A stretch of 64,000 nt of DNA from Eledone cirrhosa (lineage: Eukaryota), in NCBI GenBank assembly GCA_964016885.1, contig OZ024741.1, forward strand, positions 145,948,001 to 146,012,000. The letters run 5' to 3'. Each line of letters starts with the position of its first letter. The stretch's first letter is position 1. Below the pieces are notes generated by a model. That model was not told the origin of the DNA and made no database searches. It was given only the letters and a program-made list of their open reading frames with translations. A program made the translations under genes and the position numbers. This document shows, in pieces, positions 1-13,466 of the stretch.

Positions 1-1004
1 CTGAAGCTAGTAATAGTGTAAAAAAATTAAAAGAGTTGTATCTAGAAAGACACAATCCTGTTCAGCTATAGTTCTAACATTCAAAAGATTAATGTCCATC
101 AATTTGCTTCACTAACAGAGAAGCTAATGAAACCACTGTTACTGTTAGTTCTGTCATAATGAGATTTCCTTCTCATTTGTCTTAGGTAAGTTGATAGTCA
201 AACTAAACTTGATACTTTCAAATGGAAGCAGTGGCTAATCTATCATTTCAAGATTGATTTATTATATGGAAAAAAACAAAAAAAATTGCTTTTCTCTCAT
301 GCTTCTTTTTTCTGTATTTTTAAAAGCAAATAAATAAAATGGAGAAAATATAGTATAAAAAAAACATCAAATCAACAAAAGAAAAACTGAACACTTCAGA
401 AGAAGTCTCTTAGGAAACATAGAAATGTATCTGATGGATGTTTTGTCTATGTTTCCTACAGAAAGTCTATCAGGTCTACTTAGAGAAGAACAGAATGAAT
501 AGCTGCCTAATCCCTACCTAAATCTGTCAGATGTAATAAATAGCACAGCTCACACAGAAAACGGCAAAGACATCTCATGAAAATATAAAATTAATCAAAA
601 AGATTTAAATATATACGCAGACATGCATACAAACAACATCATCATCATCCTCATTTCTCCCATACCAAAACATAACTGAGAGAGAGTGGGGGAAGGAACC
701 ATTCCAATCACAATCTGAAAATGAAAATGAAAAATGAAAAATGACAAAGTAGGAACCAGTTTTGTAGCAAAGATGAAGGTTTATAGGAGAAAGTTGAAGA
801 AAAACTGCTAACATCATTTTATACGGTTGTATGAGATTCAAAAGTAATGGTTGTTTATCAGAAGAGGGTTTTGGTATAGAGGCATATATGAACATATATA
901 TGATATATTTACATATGATAAACATATATTTAGCCTCACTATGGGTATGTTAAACTGTGATCAACTCAGGTTAACAGTGGTCAACACTTTTTCTCTTCTA
1001 TTCT

Positions 1005-1290
1005 ATGCCATCATCATCATTATCATCATTTTATGCCTATTTTCCATGCTGGCATGATTTGGATGGTTCATCACAGTCCAAGATCAGATAAGTTGGAGGA
1101 CTACATCTTACATATATTTTTGGCATAGTTTCTTCAGATGGATGTTTTTTCTTGAGTGCACTGTAAGCATTTTATCATGGCACCAACACTATCACTTTAC
1201 AAAGTGTCCTGTGTGCATTTTATCAGGGCACCAGCACTACCACTTTACAGAATATACTGCATGACTCTTATTGTGAAACCACTAGTATGA
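1005..1290 (-). mobile_element. Degenerate SINE/non-autonomous retroposon with RTE-like 3' tail
   Basis: (CAT)n followed by TTTTCCATGCTGGCATG is the reverse complement of the GCAAGCATGGAAAA...(GAT)n tail on the RTE fragments at 31150-31215 and 37556-37620. Internal ~48-bp tandem repeat GCATTTTATCA.GGCACCA.CACTA.CACTTTACA. Confidence 0.5.
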
Positions 1291-1311
1291 GGTTCAGAAA
1301 TTCTTCCTTTT

Positions 1312-1463
1312 ATAATTGTTTCTACTTTTTTGGCACAAGGCCAGCAATTACCCAGTACATTACTGGTACTTTATTTTATCGACCCCATAAGGATGAAAGG
1401 CAAAGTGAACCTCGGCGGGATTTGAAATCAAGGGACGTAACTATGCTGGAAAACATGGCATCC
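1312..1463 (-). mobile_element. tRNA-derived SINE with MetaSINE-like core, 5'-truncated
   Basis: Near-identical to 3592-3712 and 26701-27076. Minus strand reads CTTTGCCTTTCATCCTTATGGGGTCGATAAAATAAAGTACCAGT (Meta-domain-like). Confidence 0.8.
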
Positions 1464-2034
1464 GATAATGATTTCTAATTTTGGTTAAAGGTCAACAACT
1501 TGGAGGGAGGGGAATGTAAATTAAATGGACACATATACTTGATTCATACTATATTTGTCAATCCCAAAAGGATTATTGACAACGTTAACCTGGATTTGAA
1601 CTCAGAACATAATGGTTCTGAAAAAATACTGCAAACTTACTCTCTACTGATTCTGCCAAATCTCTTCCCAATTTCTTCTTTAAATAATAAAACTATTTTT
1701 CTTATATTCTATACATATGCTGTTGTATACAAACATAAATGCATAAACACATATAAAAACATACATGCAAACTGTTTTACAAATATATTTTAATTATTTT
1801 GTCCACCCCAAAACATGAGATGTTTTGAAGAAGTCAGCTTTTCAGCTAATTGTGTGATCAAGATCAAATTAATCTAGAAGCAAAAATATCTTATGCTACA
1901 TGTTCTACGTTTTCAAGAACTCCATGCTAAATGCATGCATGTTTACAATTATAATTCAATAATTATGTACATGCTCTATTACTATGGTATTCCACTACCT
2001 TCAACTTTTATAAACAACTAGGCATTAAATGATT

Positions 2035-2135
2035 CATTTGTTTTGAGATTATAGTGGAAAGCACTTATTCTTGACTGGATTTGAACCAGGAACACCGTAA
2101 TTGTGAAGCAAACGTCTTAACCACATGGCTATGCA
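2035..2135 (-). mobile_element. Degenerate SINE fragment (family B)
   Basis: ATAGTGGAAAGCACTT...TTGAACCAGGAAC...CTTAACCAC resembles the copies at 8003-8140 and 34040-34190. Confidence 0.5.
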
Positions 2136-2874
2136 AATATATATAACACATATTGCACTAGCTAACAAAAATGGAACAAGTGCAAAACAATTTCCTGTTC
2201 AGCATGTTAAGCACACTTTGAAAAACTGTTTTATAGAAAAAAAAACTTTTTATCAATTTTCTAGTCTTTAAGACTATTTCTTTGGGAATTCTTATGAACG
2301 TTTTAATTTTTTTTAATGGGGAATAGAGATATGTGCAATATACTTTTAACATCTTTGATTTGAGATTCAAATAATACTCAGCTAACATTTTTTCCTTTAA
2401 TTCCTATTTTCGAAATTTTCTTTCATATTTGAAAGATGTGTGTAATTAGACAAAAGGAAAAACTTCCTTTTAATATATTACTTACAAGAAAACTCTTAAA
2501 AGTTCATAGAATCTATGGACCTTTTTGTTAAGATATTTTAAAAAGCCAAGCATTTATTCCAGTTGTTCTGTATTTTGATAATTCACATCTTTGATATATT
2601 TTAAGTCAACCTTTGAAATCACATTTAAAAAAAAATGTTAATAAATGAAGCTTTTTATGGTGCACATTTTAATTCACTTTTAGCCAGGTTGCTGTAGATT
2701 CAATTACTTTGTTAGGTAGGAAAGAAATTTCATATAAAACTCAAGGATTTAAGTTAGATCTATTGACTATCAAAATTTTAAATCATTTTCTTTAAGATAG
2801 ATTCATAATTCAAATAAATCATTTTAAAAGGAATTACACAGAGAAGAATACAAAATCTAAGTTGATGGTTTTTA

Positions 2875-3045
2875 TAGGTGAATGCATGACAGCGTGTAAG
2901 TAGTTTATTTCACAACCACATACTTTCAAGTTTAGTCTCATTTAATCCCATGCATGGCACCTTAAGCAAGTGCCTCGACTTGGTCTTACCAATGCCTTGT
3001 TAGTGAAATTTGGTGGATGGACATTGTTGGAAAGCCCATAACAGA
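2875..3045 (+). mobile_element. Degenerate SINE (family B)
   Basis: GGCACCTTAAGCAAGTG...GCCTTGTTAGTGAAATTTGGTGGATGGA is the reverse complement of the motif at 8003-8140. Confidence 0.6.
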
Positions 3046-3591
3046 TATATAGTGCAATGCCAAATATGGAGAACAACTGCAAAAAGTATTATCAGGTTAA
3101 CACTGCTTGCATGAAATGAAAGAATAAGTGCCTTCAATGTATTGGATGTTAGTTGTTCATCAGGAAACGATAGTGAAATTTTGGGTAAACATGAATGGTG
3201 AGGTATGTGTATAAGTAATATATATCGTCTTTGTATGTATGTGTTCACATATAAATGTATTTATATAAATGAGCATCCAACCCATGCAAGCATGGAAACG
3301 TGGTCATAAAATGATGATGATGTGTATGTAATTTTGCTTGTACACTACAGCTATTCAATGATCTTATTACCCTCTAATTAAAGACAAAATACAATGCCTT
3401 TTCCTACTCTTCTTTTATCGTTTTCAATCACTTTGCATTTTCTGTGACCAACACTAAGATTTTCCCAGAATAGCTTTATAGTAATTTGCTCTCCTGGGTA
3501 TTGAACCTATGGTTTATCAACCTTATGAACTTCACCAAAAGCAATGGCTTTGTTCTTAACATCAGCAAAGCTTTCAAATACGATAACTAAA

Positions 3592-3712
3592 ATAATTGTT
3601 TCTACTTTTTGGCACAAGGCCAGCAATTAGCCAGTGCATTACTGGTACTTTATTTTATCGACCCTGTAAGGATGAAAGGCAAAGTTAACCTCGGCGGGAT
3701 TTGAACTCAGAA
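3592..3712 (-). mobile_element. MetaSINE-like SINE, 5'-truncated
   Basis: Same sequence as 26892-27010. B-box GAGTTCAAATCC on the minus strand. Confidence 0.85.
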
Positions 3713-3987
3713 TGGCAAACTAAAATAATATTAGTCATTGAGCTAATGTTTTATTTAACATTTTGGAATTATAGTTCTATGGAAGAGGAATATAGAATTG
3801 CTATAATGTTATCCCCAATATATTGCTATCTCAGAATTATAGTTTTATGTCATCGATATGTATATATAAACATATTGTATATAGATCTATATACACATTT
3901 ATACTGAATCTCACTGTATTGAATGCTATCACTAATTGCTGACTTCTTATTATAGTTTTATAGAAGAGGAACAGTTAATGTCTATAA

Positions 3988-4836
3988 TTTAGCACTTTTG
4001 ATACAAAACCGCCTGAAACTGCTATTTTACATTGTTTTTATATATATATATAGAACAAAATTTGTTCTTGCTCTTAACATATACATATAAACTTAAGCAA
4101 ATTACCAAAGAAAGGACAAGACAACGAATGGGAACAAAACAAAACGAAAAACAATTAAAAAAAAATAAATATACATATGAAGGACACAGAACTCCATGAT
4201 CATTGGCCGATTAGATGTCCTTGGGGAGTTTCGACCCCTACCAATGGTACTGCTGGCCCAATTGGGGTCACAGCGTCTGACATAATACAGAGGCTGTCCA
4301 AAGGAGTAAGAGACAAAAGGCAAAACATTAATTTATAGCCATAAAGCTTCAAAACATATACAAATTTGTGTGATATTAGGGAAAATGTCTGGTGCCTCTT
4401 ATAGCACGTGAAACATGAGTGGAACAAAGAAGAAAAAAGCAAGAAGAAGAAAGTAAGATCGGTTAAAAAATGTAAGTCATTACAATAAATGGGGGAGAAG
4501 AGACAAACACGTACATTAAATTAGTAGATAAACTTAAGAAAATTAACTAAGAAAGGACAAGACAATGAGTGGAAAGAAAACAAAATGAAAAGCAATTTTT
4601 TAAGGAGAAACCTTAAATAATAATTTAAAAAAAAAAAAATGTAAACGAAGGACAATATATATATATTTAAACCCTCTATCATAATTTTATGAGAACCTTT
4701 ATGTTGTGTTCCAAATACCAGGTTAATAATGGGAAAATAAGTTATATTACTAAATCTCTCTAAATTCAAGATCATTTTCAAAATTATTTGAAAATCAAAG
4801 GCAGTATCTTCTTTGAAATATGTTAAAAAAGGGTTA
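3988..4836 (+). mobile_element. piggyBac-type MITE (family P2) split by a ~620-bp TA-flanked insertion (4040-4665)
   Basis: Left part TTGATACAAAACCGCCTGAAA and right part ...AATATGTTAAAAAAGGGTTA match the two ends of the copy at 16259-16501. Confidence 0.5.
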
Positions 4837-5299
4837 GACAGCTTAATAAATTGCTATCATGCTCTTCATATGATTGATAATATATTCCTTTGAGGATGCT
4901 TTTTTACATAAATCCTAAATTAAATATCTAATAGAATTCATCATTAGCTCCCACATTGAAGGAGGTTTGTTAATTTAAGAGAAGCACACTACATATTCCA
5001 AACATAATAAACACAGTAAATCCCTTTAACAAAATATTAAAACATATCAACAACAATAATAAACAATAAAACAACACAAATATGTTTTAATATGAAGATG
5101 TATTCTTCAAAGCCTTCTAGATTCCAATTAAAAAGTTTTAAATTCAGATCCACAGTCTTGATTGTTTTGCCAAAATGTAATTCAGCTTAAGTAGAGCTGT
5201 TTACTATAAAATCTCTATAATTTAGTTTAATGAGAAACAAATTTTTGAAATGTTTTAACCATAACAACATGGAATGGATCTCTGTCAGTTTTCATGATG

Positions 5300-5630
5300 A
5301 GCATACCAGTTGTTTAATCAATGTTACAGCCTGCTTGTGAAATCAAAATGTTGAAATGAATAAGTGGCTGAGCATTTCACAGACACGCATACTCTTAACA
5401 TAATTTTCAGAGAGATTCTATTTAACATTGTAAGTGATAAGCCTAACCCTTTGAATTCAGTTACAGTCCGACCAGCAGGCTTCCAAATGGTTTCTAACAA
5501 ATTTCATTCACATGGCCTGAGTTGATCCAAGACTATAGTAAATCATATTTGCTCAAGGTGTTATGTAGTGAAATCGAACCTGGAACCTTAGGATGGCTAA
5601 GCACACTTTCTAACCATTAGGCCATGTGGC
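5300..5630 (-). mobile_element. Composite SINE remnants
   Basis: 5305-5460 is similar to 6015-6160 (GTTTAATCAATG...GCTGAGCAT...TTAACATAATT). 5500-5625 resembles family B SINE. Confidence 0.5.
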
Positions 5631-5657
5631 ATGTACAAAACCATTACAATAATAGGA

Positions 5658-5730
5658 GCTTTAATATATCAGTTGGTAGAATGAGAGACTGATAATCTTA
5701 GGGTTATAGATTTGAACCCCACATTCAGCA
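5658..5730 (+). pseudogene. tRNA-Phe-derived pseudogene (anticodon position reads GAT)
   Basis: 73 nt, colinear with eukaryotic tRNA-Phe(GAA): GCTTTAATATATCAGTTGGTAGA...AGACTGATAATCTTA...TTTGAACCC...TTCAGCA. The acceptor, D and T stems carry mismatches, and a T-run lies downstream. Confidence 0.6.
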
Positions 5731-6009
5731 GAAAGTTATGGTTTTTTTCTCCTTTTTGAGTCAATGATATAACCTATGTATTCCTTTTGTCTGTTGGAAT
5801 ACCTTGGTGCCTACTCTGTTTAGGAATTTTCTGATTAATAGGGGAGGATATATTAGATTGAATTATGCTCATGTAGTTTTGAATAAGCTTGTATCAATAA
5901 GAAAGAGTTGTTTGGACACAAATAATAAGTTGCACTGGATTAAACACTTGCCAACATCTAACATCTACTCCACTATGTGTTGAGCATCTGTTGATTCTTA
6001 TGATAAGTG

Positions 6010-6250
6010 ATCCAACTGTTTAATCAATGGAACAAACTACGTGAAATTAAAATGGAAGTAGCGAGCTGAGCATCCCATAGACAGGTGCACTTTTAACGTA
6101 ATTCTGAGGGAGATTCAACATGACACAGTATGACAAGGCTGACACTTTGAATTACAGGTACAACTAATTTTTTTCAGTAGCGTATATGGGAGCAACACTA
6201 CATAAATTGCCTTGCTCAAGGACATAGTGCTTCACATAGAATCAAACTAC
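6010..6250 (-). mobile_element. Degenerate SINE (related to 5305-5460)
   Basis: Shared blocks GCTGAGCATCCCATAGACA and CTTTGAATTACAGGTACA, followed by CCTTGCTCAAGGACA. Confidence 0.5.
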
Positions 6251-6659
6251 TCTATACTTGTTATATAAAATCCTTACTAAAATGATTTACTTAACAGCAC
6301 TGCAGGAACAATTATAATGATTAATAACTGTCGTCATTTGAAGTGTATCATTTCTGTGAAAATTACTTAACTTCTTTTGAAATAAGCTAATTGAGTGATT
6401 TTTGTACTGATGAAAGGCTTAATGTTTCAGGGAATATATCTAATGAAATTCCCTCTATATTTTCAGATATAACTGAAAGCACAACAATCAATATGTATCA
6501 CTGTGGGAACACTAAAGTAGGTGGAGACAGTATAGCAACATCAATCAATATTTATTGTGGTACAGTTAAGATCAAAGTTAACTAATACAGAAATTGGACT
6601 CTGTGCTGTTGACACAAAGTCTTTTATTAATCTCTACCTACATAATGTGGTATATTGGT

Positions 6660-6790
6660 TGGGTTGTTAGGTCTTTGTGGTATTCATTCCAGCTCTTTGC
6701 ACTCTTCCGAGTTCAAATCCTGCTCTGCTGAGGCTAATATTACCTTTCATTTTTTCAGGGTCAATAAATAAGTCCAGTACTAATATCGAT
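6660..6790 (+). mobile_element. Old MetaSINE-like copy
   Basis: B-box GAGTTCAAATCC followed by CCTTTCATTTTTTCAGGGTCAATAAATAAGTCCAGTAC. Confidence 0.65.
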
Positions 6791-7353
6791 TCTTCTCTCT
6801 TATTTTCCTTTCTCCCCAACTCTCTCTTTTTACTCTGGAAGAAATCAGATATGGTAAAGCCTGAAGAAGGATGGGCCAGGTTTAAAATACTCAAGCCATG
6901 ATGCATGACAACACCACCTATGACTCCATTATTAGTTAAAGGATCAGTGATCAGACATTCAAAAATATTAATTTTACCTTTGTAAACTAAAGAAATTGCA
7001 TCCAGCTTATTATTGTTGCTGGATATAATAGAATATTCTGCCACTTACACTATAATAGAACAGTTACGTAATTATGTCAATAGAATGACAGGTTCTCCTA
7101 TTTATTGAAACACATACGAGAACTATTCATTCATAAGTTACAAATACTATTAGAATAAATACAACTTTTCCCGTATTGTATAAAAACATGCCCCAAAGCA
7201 ACATTTTGAAGGAGATAGCTAGATAGTTGAAACTGGATAGATGTAGCTTTAGTTTGTAGCTAAAACTATTTCAGCATCAGTATTACGCATGCAGAATGCA
7301 AACAACTATCAATACTTGTCATATGGAATGTGAAGAGAAGAAATAAACAACTA

Positions 7354-7906
7354 TGGGGGGGGGGGGGGGCTTGAAAAAAGTACATGGCTAAAAATCCTAT
7401 GCAGGGATTTTGATCTCAATGTGCCTGTACATGTTCATACTACTGTATCATAACACATTCTAACATGGACCCTTAAATGCATGTTGCAACGCTGCACTAC
7501 CAGTCTGAAGTCATCACCCGCTGGAGCAACATAGCTTCAATCAAACCATCAAATTCATGATGAAGCTAGGGTGTAAGGGCAGCCAAAGCATTGATGCTCT
7601 GGAGCAAGTTTATGGGAACAATGTCCCAAAGAAATCAACAAACTACAAATGGATAAGTCATTTTAGAAGTGGAAGAGATGAAGTTGAAGGTCATCTCCAG
7701 TTGAAGATATAAAAAAGCTGCTTTGACATGGTTTAACTAGCATGGCCTTCAGTTTTACACAGATGGACTTAAAGGCTGGTATTAATGCTTGCAGAAGTAT
7801 TTGACCTAGATGGAGCATACGTCGAAAAATAAATAACATAATTTAAACAGCTTTTTCCAACTGTCCCTTTTCTATGAACTTTATGAAGCCCCCCCCCCCC
7901 CCCTCA
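7354..7906 (+). mobile_element. Internally deleted Hsmar2-like mariner (non-autonomous)
   Basis: TA-flanked inverted termini. The 5' part matches 23703-24070. The 3' part translates, with lesions, to KKAALTWFN*HGLQFYTDGLKGWY..LQK..DLDGAYVEK*, a mariner irritans-type C-terminus. Confidence 0.85.
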
Positions 7907-8002
7907 TACAAATACATATGCACAACATACATATTTAACACACCCACACACATATACATATAAACAAATATACACACAACACAAACACACATATATACAC
8001 AT

Positions 8003-8140
8003 TTTCAGTTTCCATCTACCAAATTCACTCTCTAGCTTGAGGCTATAGTAGAAGACACCTGCCCAGTGTGCTACATAGTGAGATAAAACCCCAAAACATA
8101 CACTTAAAAAGCATATTTCTTAACCACACAGCCATACCTG
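8003..8140 (-). mobile_element. SINE (family B)
   Basis: CAGTTTCCATCTACCAAATTCACTC...GGCTATAGTAGAAGACACCTGCCCA...CTTAACCACACAGCCAT. Related copy at 34040-34190. Confidence 0.7.
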
Positions 8141-10606
8141 GAGAAAACCCCAATGGAACCAAGATAAAATGCACTTGGTAGAGTTTTGGAGTGTATGTAA
8201 GTGAGATATGATCCCAAGCCCACCAGAGAAGTCAGTAGCTCTGCTTGATCTGTAAAGACCCATCTAACTTTGGCTAGAAGAGAAGACAGATGTTGAAGGA
8301 TGATGATAACAAACAATAAAAAATAATATTTCACTGAAGAGAGTTCAATAATGAATTGCATGCTTTATTGAATCCAATCTCACTGATTCAAATTTTGAAA
8401 CTACTACAAGAGGTGCACCTTGTCTTTTATTGCTCCACCCATGTCTCATAAAGTATGAACTAGTAATATGCCAATTATACATTTCAGCATAACATACATA
8501 TACATATATATGTTTGAACTAATTAAATGAAATCAATATTTTACCATATAGGTATATATTGATCACTAGGAAAGATTCTTTTAAAATTGGATTTTAGTAT
8601 TCTAAAAGGAAAATCAATATTATCTGGTTTAATTTGATAAAACCATGAATATCACATTTTTATATTTCTCTATTAATATATTTATACATTGATATATTTC
8701 TGTATTAATATACTTGTGATAGTATTACCATTTTCAAACCTGCCATCAGTGCCATTTCAAATAACATTTGTTTATCTGTGAAAGCATGGATTCAATTCTG
8801 TCTTGATATGACTCAATATAAATATATAAGGACGGCACAATAATCCTTTCCCATGGAGCTTAATTTTACTTTATATAACATTAAACTTAAAAATAAGAAT
8901 AACTATTTAAGGCATGGCAGTATGGGGAAAGAATTTGCTCAAGTTAATTTTGTGAGCGGAAACTGTGCAGAAGCCCATCAGGTGTGTATATCCATATCTG
9001 TATGCATGTGTGTGTATTGTTTACTGATACATATCAAGAAAATATCAATAAAAACATGATGCTTTATGGAAAAGAAAAATGTCCCTTGAGATAATGTTTC
9101 TGCATCAATCCATTAATACTCCTGCATTACTCTCACATTCATATTATTGCAAACCTGTTACCGATGCAATGCTATTGTTCACCTATTACAGTATAAAAAA
9201 ATAATAACTAAATAAGACGCTATGTTAAACTCCTCCAGTATAGACATACACCATCAAGTAGATACCTTATTAAAGTACAGGAGATTTCACCCCTATAATT
9301 ACAACAACAATTGCTACACTGAAATATTACTCTAGTGTAGCTACAACCAAAACTACGCTTCTGGAAAGTAATTTGTTTAACATAACTTTTTTTTTCAAAT
9401 TTCCATTTTAATTTTAATAATATGGTAATTTTATAGACAAATTTTCCAAAACATTAAAAATGAAAGAAGAAAAAAATTCTTTAAAATGAATTTGCAATTA
9501 ACATTGCTTCATTAAGACCTTATTCTTTCATTTGATGTTTAAAAACTTGTTTTATATTTTCGTTTTCATATGTCTTTTTAACCTTCGAGAATCTATTAAT
9601 AAATTTATCTTTCATTTCACTTCTTTTCTAATCCATTTGTTTCTGATTTCCTCATGATTTTGCTTTCATGGTTTATAGCTGAAAGTTTTCTCTTCAATTT
9701 GCATTAATATGAAATTTCATTTGCATAGATTTATATGAAACCAAGCAGAGAAATAAAGATTGAATTCCAATTTTGACCACATTATGTAAATGTTGCTAAT
9801 ATTCAGACATAAAGGCTGCTTAAATCACGTCTTTCAATGTCCAAGCTTAAGTCTGTCTTGTTTGTAAGATAGGAAAAATGATGCAGATTTGATTAATGCA
9901 TTTTATAATGGTTATTGTAATTATTTATATCATTAATATTTGTATGTAATCATTTATGGAGTCAATATTCCTAATAAGAACTAGAAAGCATGGGAAATGA
10001 CAAAAGATTAAAGTGTAGTATCCTAAATGCCTCACATTATTCAGTCTCATGTATTTAGACTCTTAGTTCAAATTTGTTTCTGTAGACTAAAATGTTTATC
10101 ACATCTGAAGCTACTGTATATCTTGTGAGACCACAAATATGCATCTGGAAAGTTTGTCTCCAAGGTGCAAGCCTGGGCAAAGTATCTTTTAGAAAGGCAT
10201 CAATTGCACATGCATGCAAAGTCTCCTCATTCTATACCACTGATGTTATACAAGAGACAGGCAAGGCCAATAGAGCTTAACATCAATAACCTTGCTAGAA
10301 AAAATAAGAACATGAAGGACTAAGTTAGATACCCTAAGGCACTATTCCTGATGCTCTAATAATTGCATCAGTCTCGATTAGTATTTCACTATTCTCTTTC
10401 ATTCCTATGCATTGTTTTGTTAGCCTGTTGTAATTTAACAAAATAAAAATCTATATTAACATGATTAAATGATGTTATAATTCATTCACCTATAAACATT
10501 ATTTATTTTAATCTTCATTAAATATCTATAATTAAACACAAGAGGATTTTGAAATATGCTGTTTCCAGTCTTGTATAACTACAATTTCCATTTTCATTCA
10601 CATTGG

Positions 10607-11590
10607 CTCACACGACAGTTTTCCACATTTCTGGAGTAGCACCGTTGTTCAGACAGAATTGGAAGAAGTGTGATAGCTGGTGCAGAAGGAAGTACCCACC
10701 ATGTTTGAGAAGCAGGTACATAACACTATCAAGACCAGGAGAGGCATGGTTGCGTTTATTTTTAAGGTGACGTCGCATCACTGCAGAGGTAAATTCCATA
10801 GTTGTAATAGAATCGGATGTCAGTGGTGGTGGAGACGGTACACTCTGGTCTTCAATAGTGAAAATGCCTGCATAGCATTCAGCAATGAGCTCTGTGCATT
10901 CCTTGGGGTCGTCAGTAACCTGGCTTGTGTGAGGATTGAGAAGAGGACCAACTGGAGAGTGAGGCCTCTGCTTTGAGTGAACATACTTCCAGAACACCTT
11001 ACTGTCAGGGCTGGTTGCTATCTGCTGCTAAAATTGACACACTGCCTTTTTTGTCACCTGTTTGAGATTGTTGGATGATTTATTTCGCTTCTTCCTATTG
11101 GTATCTGATTTATGCAGTTTGTACTCACGTTCAGCATTACAACGTTCTTTTCTGGCAAGACAGAGTGCTGTAGTCTCCAAAACTTCACTTTTGGGATGTT
11201 TTTTTCTGCTTACATGGCACCGATGCTGCACATGCTGTCCATATTGAGTTCAGGATGTTCTGGAGTACAGTGTTGACATCTCCAGAGTCATAGAACTCTA
11301 GCCAGTTTGTATGTTGCAACTCGGTGCAGTAACAGTTCCAGTCTGCTTTATTCCATTCAAAGTGGGCAGTTTGGAGATGGTTGTGCTTTTTGTTACTGCC
11401 CATGGGGGATAGATTGGCAATGATCATAGCATGATCAGAGTCACCTAAAGGTCCCTCAGTAGTAAAACTAATAACCGTCTAAAAAGTAGTGGTGAAGAGT
11501 AGGTCCAAAGTGTTGTCACCTCTTGTTGGGGATGTGACTACTTGGAACCATTTCGAGTCCAGCACTAGCTCAAGGAAGTGATTGATACCA
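10607..11590 (-). mobile_element. CR1/L2-group LINE ORF2 fragment (APE endonuclease C-terminus to start of RT), disrupted
   Basis: Minus strand translates to QVVTSPTRGDNTLDLLFT...GPLGDSDHAMII...WNKADW...KVFWKYVHSK...SPGLDSV...PEMWKTVV, with stops and frameshifts. GC content is higher than the flanks. Confidence 0.8.
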
Positions 11591-13219
11591 ATATACCCAA
11601 TTATAATGTATTTTGTGTCGCTATATCAAATGAGATACTAATATTCAAAACTAAAGAGTATATTATAATGTATATCAAGTGAAATACCATATACCAAACT
11701 ATAGTGTTTATTGTGTATGTATCAAATGAAATATTAATACACCCAATTGTAAAGAGAATCACAAATAAACATTTCAAAAAAACGGAAATTTGGTTTAGTA
11801 AATTGTTATAATAATCAATTCTGTAAAAGTATAATGGTTGAAAAATTACGAGATAACAATTCAAAATGAAGGAGGAAATGAAAGAAACCTGGGTTCACAA
11901 GGAAAGGAAATTAATCTAGGTTTCACAGCAATAATAGCAATTTCAAAATATATTGAGTAACAATAACATGTTTGTTTTAGAAATATTTAACCGTTTCATT
12001 ACTTTGTTTCTAATGAAGTGCTCTATATTTAAATTATTTAATGAATCATTTAGAAAGGATTAACTAAAATTATAATTTCAATACGATCAAATTTGTAACA
12101 TCACACAATTTTCTCATATAACATTATGTTGGATTGTTTTCTTATTTATGGGTGGTTTTGGTCAAGTTGGTATCATAAAACTTTACCAACTCTCATGAGA
12201 AAAAGAAGTGATCTCTAGTTTCATAATATGATCACAATAAATGGATGGGTATATTGAAGCTTGTGAACACGCACCCTTAACGTTCTCTACCACATGAAAC
12301 CACATTCACAAGATCTCCTCAAAGAAAAAACAGAAAATAGCACTATCACTGCATCACATTAAAAATGTAAATGTTTACTCTAATGCTGTTAATTTTTACA
12401 AGGATCTGTTCACTAGTAAACAATACTATAAACATTTAAATTAATCAACTTGTTTTTAGATATCCTCTGTTAAATCATTACAGGGTGTTAAGAGTAAATG
12501 CATGTGTGCATGTGTGTGAGAGAGAGAGAAAGAGAGAGGGGGAGAAAGAGAATATGTATGAAAATAGACACAATCAAACATAACAATCAAATAAGAAATT
12601 ATTAGGTATACTGGAATGTAAGGAGAATAGGAATAAGATGAAAAAGGGAAATACAAAAGGAAGGAAGGGAGAAGGGGGAAAAGAGAAAGAGAGTTTGATG
12701 TAAAAAAAAAAAAAAAAAAAAAGTGATAAAAAATAACATAATAGTTATGATTCGAGATAATGATATTTGAGTAATTTTTTGGAATCTGCTGTTCTCTGCA
12801 AGATAGCAATTTTGTCCATTTAAAAGATAGCAATACAAATGAAATGAGACAATAAAACAAAAAGTAAAATAAAATAATTTAAAAAAATAAGAAAAATTAA
12901 ATCGAATTAAAAAAAGACTGTTTTAAATTAAATACATTAATGTTTGAGGAGAGAAAGAGGAAAAGTGAGGCAAATATCAAGAAAGTAGAAGAATGAGGGT
13001 GATGAAGGGGGGAGTGGTGATAAAAAATTAAAGAGATCAACAAGACAGGAGGAGATGGAAGTGGAAGGAAAAGAAAAATGGAGTGAACAACCAGTGAGGT
13101 AGGAGGAGGTTGGGGCAGAAGGAAAAGAAGAATCAACATTATGGACAAAATGAAAACAATAGCATAACCAAAACGCAAACACTAATAAAAATCCAAAAAT
13201 AATTCCATGTGATTGTATG

Positions 13220-13241
13220 TGTACATATATATCTGCATCTG

Positions 13242-13282
<41 letters not shown>

Positions 13283-13425
13283 ATGTGTGTGTGTGCGTGT
13301 GTGTGTGCATGTGTGTGTGTATATATATATATGTTTATATATATATATGTGTGTGTGTGTGTGCATATATAAATATATATATATATTTATTTTATATATA
13401 TATATATATATGCACACACACACAT

Positions 13426-13466
<41 letters not shown>
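13220..13466. repeat. Compound (TA)n/(TG)n microsatellite
   Basis: Direct reading. Confidence 0.95.

Noticed and set aside
411-458. 13-bp perfect inverted repeat as a pre-miRNA
   Set aside because: The stem is short and AT-rich, and there is no other evidence.
6391-6585. Possible exon after TTTTCAG with a short internal repeat (TINMY.CG / SINIYCG)
   Set aside because: No recognisable homology or partner exons, so it cannot be supported without transcript data.
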